Origin: a virus
Lineage: Duplodnaviria; Caudoviricetes
IMG/VR virus record: IMGVR_UViG_3300022602_000092
Span: 1 to 63,947 of that record
Length of the DNA: 63,947 bases
Direction: 5' to 3' (one strand)
Position numbers and translations under genes: made by a program. Position 1 is the stretch's first letter. Each line of letters starts with the position of its first letter. Below are positions 57,235 through 63,947 of the stretch, piece after piece. The notes below the pieces were generated by a model that was not told where the DNA came from, made no database searches, and worked only from the letters and a program-made list of their open reading frames with translations.

Positions 57235-57781
57235 TGTGCACACAGACTAGATGTGCGTAAGATATTGAATGACTCTTTTTAAAAGTATATTCTTCACTGG
57301 CATCCCAAATAGTTTCTGAGATTCGACTCCAAGTTTCGCCAATCAAATGACGTTTGCCCGGACGTATCAGTGCCAAAAGCATGGCCATACGAGGTATTGT
57401 GTTGACTGCTTCGGGGCATTTGATCAGTGTGTCGTAATGATTACCAATGTGTATTAGTCTTGCACAAAATTCTGGATCATATAACTTTTCCCAAGCAGGT
57501 TCCTGAGCCATTAAATCCTTTAGATGTTGTTCACTTTTAATCTGTGTATATAATGACACATTCAAAAAGTCCAACTTCATATAGCCCCAATCTTCTGCGG
57601 CTTTGTGATCTATTGTAGCAACACCAGTCATGGGATCTATTGGTATGTCTGTGACATATATGCCAGTGTTGTGCTTGATCAGTTTGCCGTCTCGAACTAT
57701 ACCTGCAGGGTTATGTTTTAATAATTTTAATGCGTCTTCCCTATTTGGAAAGTCAATGTCAATATCACTTTTAAATTTCAT
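57206..57781 (-). CDS. Miniature DNA polymerase III alpha (DnaE) core fragment
   Basis: SDIDIDF, KHNTGIY, KLDFLN, ALIRPG, YTFKKSHSISYA. Confidence 0.85.
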   Translation of the reverse strand: MKFKSDIDIDFPNREDALKLLKHNPAGIVRDGKLIKHNTGIYVTDIPIDPMTGVATIDHKAAEDWGYMKLDFLNVSLYTQIKSEQHLKDLMAQEPAWEKLYDPEFCARLIHIGNHYDTLIKCPEAVNTIPRMAMLLALIRPGKRHLIGETWSRISETIWDASEEYTFKKSHSISYAHLVCVHINLLCEQGL

Positions 57782-58479
57782 AAACCCGCTTCCTTGAGAA
57801 TAAGTTTAACCCATTCAACATCGGCCATATAGTCCGAAAATTTCTTTTGCCAAAAGTCTGGATCAATCCAAGGCATTACAATCGCCGTTTGATCTTCATT
57901 AAGTCCATCAAGAAATCCAATGCCACTGTCGCAATTAAATACAATCCAAGGACTGATCCGCCCAGTACTAATATGGTAAACAATACGATTTGCATTACCA
58001 TATCTAAAATAATCTGAAAAGCCGTTTTTAAGTTCTGGATGTGAGTCCGCATATCCTGTCATTTCCTTTATGGCTCGCTCTAGGGCATCCTTGGTGGATT
58101 CTTTCTTTATATATTCCCCAAGCCACTCAGTATATAGCGTATCTTTACACCAAAAGTCCAGTTTCTTGTTGTTCTTTAAAAGCCAATCCGAGAAAGTAAT
58201 GAAATTAATGCAACGGATGCTGACACAATACCTACCAAAGTTAACAAAGGCATTATAATAAGGGCTCTTAGCAAAATCCTCGTAGGACTTGAGTTTAGCA
58301 CTGCCTTGTGTATATTCATAGAATCTGAGATACGCTTTGAGACCCCATTGAACTCCTGTTTCATCTCGTTGATTATGGCGACGCTTGGCTTCACAGAGGT
58401 GCGCCAATAGGGTTGTTTCTTTTCTAAAAGGCTTTTCACAATATCGACAACTATAAGTATTCTTTGATTCGTTTATCAT
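57778..58479 (-). CDS. Hypothetical protein with N-terminal Zn finger
   Basis: CRYCEKPF......HLC. Confidence 0.75.
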   Translation of the reverse strand: MINESKNTYSCRYCEKPFRKETTLLAHLCEAKRRHNQRDETGVQWGLKAYLRFYEYTQGSAKLKSYEDFAKSPYYNAFVNFGRYCVSIRCINFITFSDWLLKNNKKLDFWCKDTLYTEWLGEYIKKESTKDALERAIKEMTGYADSHPELKNGFSDYFRYGNANRIVYHISTGRISPWIVFNCDSGIGFLDGLNEDQTAIVMPWIDPDFWQKKFSDYMADVEWVKLILKEAGL

Positions 58480-58921
58480 CCCAACCGAATTCCCTTGCCA
58501 ACTGTTTAATATCGCTTTTATCATTTAGTTCTGCCAATAGTTGGATCTCATCATCCTTGTAATGTGGATATAATTCTCGTAAAAGTTTTTCTATTTTAGA
58601 ATTTGAGGTTTCACGTTTCTTTTGTTTGATCCACGTGTGTCGCATCTTGCCCATACCCGGGCTTACTGTTGTGGCCAATAACCATTGAAAGTTTTTGTGT
58701 TGCGTACCACTTATATCAAAGAAGTTTTTATTAAGTCTCTCATTGGTGCTCATTAGGTAATAGGCCTGCATGTCTGCATCACCATCCACACAACTGCCCC
58801 AACGTATCATTAGGAAAGGGCTAAACTTTTTCTTTTCTTCTTCAGTTAAGTCGTTAAAGAACTCTCGGTTCTTTGTGTCAAACTGAGCCATTTCATATGA
58901 GATGTTTAGTTTATCTTCCAT
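58451..58921 (-). CDS. Possible clamp-loader small subunit (gp62-like)
   Basis: FSPFLMIRW...NERLN...H..QW, WIK..K, L.E.YP pattern; replication context. Confidence 0.45.
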   Translation of the reverse strand: MEDKLNISYEMAQFDTKNREFFNDLTEEEKKKFSPFLMIRWGSCVDGDADMQAYYLMSTNERLNKNFFDISGTQHKNFQWLLATTVSPGMGKMRHTWIKQKKRETSNSKIEKLLRELYPHYKDDEIQLLAELNDKSDIKQLAREFGWDDKRIKEYL

Positions 58922-59150
58922 GATCTTTTTTCAAGTTATAGTATACTATAGCACGTTCCAACAGTTCTTGCAAGCCTTCGTCCTTCAAGGCCATTCTACG
59001 GATCTCGCCCCACATTTTTTGTTCCTGTAATTGCTCGTACAATGATTTACCATCACTGGTCACATCACTATACAATTCACGTTGGCTGGTTCCAGGCAAG
59101 CGTCGGTAAACAGTCTTGCCTTTATCGGGGCTTTCAAATATATCGCTCAC
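58911..59150 (-). CDS. Hypothetical protein
   Basis: IFESPDKGKTVYRR motif. Confidence 0.7.
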   Translation of the reverse strand: MSDIFESPDKGKTVYRRLPGTSQRELYSDVTSDGKSLYEQLQEQKMWGEIRRMALKDEGLQELLERAIVYYNLKKDHGR

Positions 59151-59151
59151 G

Positions 59152-59655
59152 TTACCAAACCTTATTATAATCCACTACTTCACTTTGTCTGCTGATGTCT
59201 TTGACAAAGTAAACACACATGGGCCCATCAATGCCTTCCTCTAAGGGAACTGCCAACATCTGTCCGGGTTTTAGTTTGGGGAAATACCATTTGACATCTT
59301 GATAGATGTCTACAATTTCAACTGGAAAGAAGTCAGGACGGAAACTGGTGCGGGGATTAAATGCAAACGCACTGAAACCACGATCATTGATACTGGTCAA
59401 GGGCACTACTTCCAAATCGCCCTGTTCCTTTTCACCGATCAGCAATTGCCAATCCACGGGCATTTTGATAATATGATTGCCAATCTTTAACACCAATGCT
59501 GGGCTATTGAATGACTCCATAAAGATCAAGGGTATAAAAAAGTAATCGGGTTCTTTGGGATTACTGTTGTCCAATACACAAAAATTGAGTTCATCAATCT
59601 CATTGGGTATCTCGTTCATCTCAAAACTGCGATTCTCGAGGGTTAAAATTCTCAT
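59152..59655 (-). CDS. Conserved hypothetical protein
   Basis: DYFFIPLIFMESF..PA; KWYFPKLK. Confidence 0.75.
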   Translation of the reverse strand: MRILTLENRSFEMNEIPNEIDELNFCVLDNSNPKEPDYFFIPLIFMESFNSPALVLKIGNHIIKMPVDWQLLIGEKEQGDLEVVPLTSINDRGFSAFAFNPRTSFRPDFFPVEIVDIYQDVKWYFPKLKPGQMLAVPLEEGIDGPMCVYFVKDISRQSEVVDYNKVW

Positions 59656-60389
59656 AGGGTTAGTTCTCTGTTGTAGTAATTATAGTATATTTCACGGGTA
59701 CTTTGCAACCATTTAGAGTGTATATTGGCTATATGTTCTTGTGAAATAGACAGATTTAACTTTGTCACAATATCTAATATGCAATTGGGTGAGTGCAATA
59801 GACTTTCAGCATCATATATTTGTTTATTTGCAACAACTGACGTTAGCGCCAATAAATTCTTTGTCAAAACTTTGTTTGTTTGTAGTGCATGACGCTTTCT
59901 TTCCACTTCAACTACGTGGGTAAATTGATTTAGTGAGGGATTTTTACTATGGTATAAGTCCGTGACAGCGTCAATATTCTGTGGAATCACAAATATAAAC
60001 TCACAGTCCTGCAATCTCCAATGGCTAATTTCCTCTGATCTCAAATTTCGATCTATTTGATAACGATCATAACACAACAGTTGATTGTTTTTGGTGATGG
60101 CATCAATTTCCGTTTGTGTGCCATGACAATCATAAGCCAACCGCCATTGTGGGTTCCAGTATTCAATACCACCACGATAGTATTTGTTATAAAACTGTTG
60201 CCGTATGCTCCACTCTCGTTGGAGCCAAGTTTCAGAAGTCACTGGAGTGGAATAATAATCCAACAACCATTTATACCTATCTGTTGTTTCGGCACAAAAT
60301 TCAAATCTTGAATCAAGGGTTATAATGTTGCGTATTAGATTACCACCAGCGCCCCATGGAAAGCAAACAATGATGTTGTTTACTGCCAT
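59652..60389 (-). CDS. Hypothetical protein (sulfotransferase-like N-terminus)
   Basis: VCFPWGAGGNLIRN. Confidence 0.6.
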   Translation of the reverse strand: MAVNNIIVCFPWGAGGNLIRNIITLDSRFEFCAETTDRYKWLLDYYSTPVTSETWLQREWSIRQQFYNKYYRGGIEYWNPQWRLAYDCHGTQTEIDAITKNNQLLCYDRYQIDRNLRSEEISHWRLQDCEFIFVIPQNIDAVTDLYHSKNPSLNQFTHVVEVERKRHALQTNKVLTKNLLALTSVVANKQIYDAESLLHSPNCILDIVTKLNLSISQEHIANIHSKWLQSTREIYYNYYNRELTL

Positions 60390-61837
60390 TCTACCTTCTC
60401 TAGGCTAAAGGGATAGTTGGCTTCGGTGTAGAACTTTTTTCTAGCCGTAAGGTGTCTTTTGGCAAACTTACATGTTGATGTAATGTCCCAAATCTCCACG
60501 TGATCCTTGTCTACCGCTTTGCGTATACCTCGTCCAATGCTTTGTATAACGCGAACAAAGCTTTTTCCGGGTTCCACAAGAACCAAATTAAAAATACGAG
60601 GGATATTAATACCCACTGCGGCCACACCGTAAGTCGCCACAATAATCTTGCCAGTAGCAGTCGCCACAGCGTCGTATTCTTCTTGTCGTTTTGTCCCTTT
60701 AGTTGCTCCACTTACAAATACCGCCTCTTCACCTAAATATTCTACCAATAGTTTACCTGTTGCTACCCGATCTACTAGCACCAGTGTATTGCCTGTCTCA
60801 TTAACTCGGAGAATTAAGTTTCTCATATAAGTTAATCTACCTGTGGTCTCTAACAGGTATTTCAATTCCTGTTGGTATTCTTTATACTCAACGTGATCAA
60901 TTAACTGTACAATGTTAACATGGCAATTGGCAAGGTGTCCTGCTTCTTGAAGATCACTGGCACTGAGTTTTCCAACTACCGGTCCCAGACTACAGTATAT
61001 ACTTATCTTCGCGTGTTCCTCCTTGGGAATTGTTCCAGTTAATCCCCAGCGAATTGGTACATGTGCAAATACTGTGGTCAATAAAGTTTTAAGGGCATCT
61101 GCTTTGGCCATGTGTACTTCATCAACCATAACACACACAACACCCGCAATAAAGTCTCCGATCTCTACTTCGGCTTCTCCGCTTTTAGTACTTTTCATCA
61201 TGTTGTTTAGACTTTGCCAAGTACAAATAGTATGCGTCTTGTTGTATTCTTTGCGTTCACCAAAATACACACCCACATCCAAGCCCAAGTTAATGTAGTC
61301 TGCTTCTGTTTGCGTGACCAAACTTCTATTGGGCACGATGACAATACTTCGTCCATACTTTTCCACACTCTTGCTCAGTGCCGCAGTCATAATTGTTTTA
61401 CCTGCACCTGTGGCAACTTCCTGTACACTTTGCCGATTCTCTAAAAATCTGTTTAGTATGTCAGGTTGATAGTCTCGCAAGTAAATGGGCTCGCCCTCTT
61501 TGGGGTGTCCCTTGGGCCACTTTTTGTCTGCAAAAGTATCTTCGGTTATGGGATCAAATTCAAACTGTGTGCTATAGTCACGTTGGTCTTCTAACTCAAC
61601 ATCATAGTTCAAGTTTTCCAAGATAGGCAATATCTCGGGTAACAGGTTAATATAAGTACTGCCGCCCAACTGAAAGAAACTGACTTTGCCGTCCCAACGT
61701 CCCAGTCTTACCGATGGTTGATAGCGTGCACCCGGAACTTCGTATTTAAATTTATCTACTAGTTTTTTACGAACACTGACATCAAGCCCTTCTAGTTTGA
61801 CATTGACTTCATCTTTAATTATTAGTTTAACTTGCAA
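60380..61837 (-). CDS. uvsW: SF2 helicase, UvsW-like
   Basis: LRDYQ, ATGAGKT, DEVH, GLTGT, QSIGRGIR; probable TTG start at 61837. Confidence 0.85.
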   Translation of the reverse strand: MQVKLIIKDEVNVKLEGLDVSVRKKLVDKFKYEVPGARYQPSVRLGRWDGKVSFFQLGGSTYINLLPEILPILENLNYDVELEDQRDYSTQFEFDPITEDTFADKKWPKGHPKEGEPIYLRDYQPDILNRFLENRQSVQEVATGAGKTIMTAALSKSVEKYGRSIVIVPNRSLVTQTEADYINLGLDVGVYFGERKEYNKTHTICTWQSLNNMMKSTKSGEAEVEIGDFIAGVVCVMVDEVHMAKADALKTLLTTVFAHVPIRWGLTGTIPKEEHAKISIYCSLGPVVGKLSASDLQEAGHLANCHVNIVQLIDHVEYKEYQQELKYLLETTGRLTYMRNLILRVNETGNTLVLVDRVATGKLLVEYLGEEAVFVSGATKGTKRQEEYDAVATATGKIIVATYGVAAVGINIPRIFNLVLVEPGKSFVRVIQSIGRGIRKAVDKDHVEIWDITSTCKFAKRHLTARKKFYTEANYPFSLEKVEWQ

Positions 61838-62999
61838 GATCTGGTACCTTTGTGTCTCGTTTAGCATATACTTCTGCGGCACAATAAACAATCTTTTCGG
61901 CGTTTTGCACCATTAGACTTTTATCCCCACCAAACATCATACCAGCACTGCTGATCAGCAATGGTATCTTTGCTTCAGTTACGGGAATGGTACAATGATA
62001 GTATTTGAAACCATCCGCCCAAGTTCTTTTCTTAACGTCCCTGGAGATTTCAACAACACCCTCTCTCAGTTGTTTTAGTTGTGCCAACAGTTTTCCACTT
62101 AGATCAGGTTCATAAATCACAACTGGCCAACGTTTCATTTCATCTGCGTAGTCCAGCACACTTGCAAGATTCTCGACAATTGCGGTGGGATCCAATTTGG
62201 CTTCTCTGCTGACAGCAAGATTATAAAAACGTGGGGTACTTGTGGCTACTACTTGATCTGCAATCGCTTTACTGATTGTATAGCCCAGGACTGCACTCAT
62301 GTCAACCAAACGCAACAAATTGTCCACACCAAATCCACCTAAATTGTTTTCAATGTATTCACTCAAACTGTCAGGGCAATTGGAGATAAGCAATTTATCA
62401 TCTGCATACTGCAATTCTATTGTGTAAGGGCGAGATTCAACTTCTGCGATCAGTGCATTTAGTCTACGAACTTCCTCATCAATTTCAAAATTGTTTTGTT
62501 CTGCCCAAGTTGAGAGCCAAACCAAATTGTATTCAGTGAGTGCAAAACTCCAAACCTTGGCTTCCTTGTCCCATACTCCTTGCCCTTGACTTTCTTTTCT
62601 AAAGTCTCGCAAGCCTTCAATTAAATTGCTATTAAAAGGGAATGTGACTTGTATTTGATCATTAGACACAGACAACTTTCTAGTATAGTCCATGGCTCGC
62701 AACGGCAAACGCCACATGGCTCGTTCTTCAACAGGAGACACATCCACGCCTTTTGCGGCCAACTGCCGCTTGTATTTGATCACAATCTTGACTGCCAATT
62801 CACCCTGTTTTTCTGTGAGTGCACGTCCTTCACTGGCAGTTGTGCTCATACTGTTTAGCACATCAGTATCATAACGTGCCAAATTAATTATAGGATCAAA
62901 GGCATTTAGCCAAGATTGAGGTTTGGTTTTTAGTGTCACAGGATCTCGAATTCCTGCAATAACTTCTAAATAATCTTCAACTGTGGTGTATTTGTTCAT
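61827..62999 (-). CDS. Hypothetical protein
   Basis: TVEDYLE, LTEKQ, FPFN..LI, WD...KVW; sigma70 promoter upstream. Confidence 0.75.
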   Translation of the reverse strand: MNKYTTVEDYLEVIAGIRDPVTLKTKPQSWLNAFDPIINLARYDTDVLNSMSTTASEGRALTEKQGELAVKIVIKYKRQLAAKGVDVSPVEERAMWRLPLRAMDYTRKLSVSNDQIQVTFPFNSNLIEGLRDFRKESQGQGVWDKEAKVWSFALTEYNLVWLSTWAEQNNFEIDEEVRRLNALIAEVESRPYTIELQYADDKLLISNCPDSLSEYIENNLGGFGVDNLLRLVDMSAVLGYTISKAIADQVVATSTPRFYNLAVSREAKLDPTAIVENLASVLDYADEMKRWPVVIYEPDLSGKLLAQLKQLREGVVEISRDVKKRTWADGFKYYHCTIPVTEAKIPLLISSAGMMFGGDKSLMVQNAEKIVYCAAEVYAKRDTKVPDLAS

Positions 63000-63006
63000 A
63001 AGTACA

Positions 63007-63035
63007 ATTATACACGATTTCGATTAATAAAGCAA
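63007..63035 (-). promoter_or_regulatory. Sigma70-type promoter, probably leaderless
   Basis: TTGCTT-N17-TATAAT-N7-ATG. Confidence 0.65.
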
Positions 63036-63041
63036 GCCATA

Positions 63042-63947
63042 ATGGATATGAACCAGGACAGATTGGGTTATTACCTAGTCGGTGATAAGAAATTCTATAG
63101 TAAGACATTGGCGCTTTTAGAAAGTTACAGTCAGCGACCATCAAATTTGACTTGGGTATTTAACGATTCCGTCTATTCCTCTATAGATTGGCAAACGCCA
63201 ATTTATGAATCACTCCCCGAATTATATTTACGTCGAGCGTTGCAATTACGAAACCAATACGACTATTTAGTATTGTACTATAGTGGTGGAGCAGACAGCG
63301 GAAACATTCTCAAAACCTTTATCAATAACAACATATTTTTGGATGAAATAGTAATGCAGTTGCCCGAGTCGGCACGTAAGAATTTCAATGATCGGGACAA
63401 ATCCAACGGAAACATTTACAGCGAATTGGAATTTTCCGCAAAGCCTGTTCTGGAGAAGTATAGGAACAAATTGCACCCAAACACACTGATTAGATATCAA
63501 GACATTTCAAAACCAATATTTGATCTATTTGAAAAAGATAATTGGTTTGAAACCAACCCCATGGGCACCAATATATCCATAGCAGGTATTGCTAGACAAG
63601 CGGCACAAGTGGCGGAAACACATATATTGGATCTATGTTATAAAGGTTTGAAAACTGCTCAAATTGTGGGAGTGGATAAACCGTTGGTTCATTTTGATGG
63701 CCGAAACTATTATGCATATTTCCTTGATGTTAATGCAATGCATAGCCCACCAGTGGATCTAACTAAAAATGAAATCTTTTATAATTTATATCAAACAGAA
63801 TTTTTTTATTGGACTCCTGATATGCCCGAGATAGTGGTCAAACAGGCCCAAGAAATCAAAAAAGTCTGTGAGGTAAGTGAATATCATAGAAATATGATGT
63901 TGAAATCTTTTGTAAAACATATATCAGAGTTTCGACCAGTATTGCAT
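63042..63947 (+). CDS. PP-loop ATPase paralog, 3' partial (not in ORF track)
   Basis: MDMNQDRLGYYLVG...YSGGADS...GVDKP...EFFYWTPD; open to window end. Confidence 0.8.
   Translation, partial: MDMNQDRLGYYLVGDKKFYSKTLALLESYSQRPSNLTWVFNDSVYSSIDWQTPIYESLPELYLRRALQLRNQYDYLVLYYSGGADSGNILKTFINNNIFLDEIVMQLPESARKNFNDRDKSNGNIYSELEFSAKPVLEKYRNKLHPNTLIRYQDISKPIFDLFEKDNWFETNPMGTNISIAGIARQAAQVAETHILDLCYKGLKTAQIVGVDKPLVHFDGRNYYAYFLDVNAMHSPPVDLTKNEIFYNLYQTEFFYWTPDMPEIVVKQAQEIKKVCEVSEYHRNMMLKSFVKHISEFRPVLH

Larger units (their letters stand above)
1..63947. other. Segment of a large lytic dsDNA tailed phage (jumbo/T4-like) genome
   Basis: Very dense overlapping ORFs; PAAR, fibres, gp41-like helicase, primase, UvsW-like helicase, NrdAB with homing endonuclease; recurrent TAAATA late-promoter motif; no rRNA or housekeeping operons. 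Confidence 0.95.

Noticed and set aside
1-63947. Stop-codon reassignment
   Set aside because: Conserved genes are intact in code 11, and TAA, TGA and TAG all occur as natural gene ends
1-63947. tRNA or rRNA genes
   Set aside because: Intergenic gaps are short and none showed a cloverleaf with a T-loop by eye; tRNAscan-SE would confirm

Overview
This window is a gene-dense, AT-rich (~38-40% GC by eye) segment of a large lytic tailed-phage (jumbo/T4-like-myovirus-type) genome in standard code 11, with most genes on the minus strand. Replication and nucleotide genes include nrdA/nrdB with a GIY-YIG endonuclease between them, glutaredoxin, a DnaB/gp41-like helicase, primase, a UvsW-like helicase, a PD-(D/E)XK exonuclease and a miniature DnaE. 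Virion genes include PAAR, long fibres and three LamG proteins. There are three peptidoglycan enzymes and host-like genes (bS21, ClpS, Hsp20, IscA, Bug/TctC x2, class-IV aminotransferase, Ugd, cytidylyltransferase), plus expanded families of PP-loop ATPases (x4) and glycan-modifying-like proteins. The host is probably Gram-negative; Betaproteobacteria is an inference from Bug/TctC and PbpG-like genes. The most interesting signals are: (1) unrelated enzymes (nucleotidyltransferase, RNA-ligase-like protein, GNAT, kinase, LysM muramidase) sharing an MK(I)xE(I)/[IL]xE N-terminal leader, suggesting a head-packaged, injected enzyme kit; (2) a repeated PP-loop + Bug/TctC module with an aminotransferase and a putative oxygenase; (3) many apparently leaderless promoters alongside a phage bS21; (4) a ROSE-like thermometer on hsp20 and several RBS-sequestering hairpins; (5) a 191-aa minimal C-family polymerase core. 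All calls come from motifs read by eye; no database search was run.
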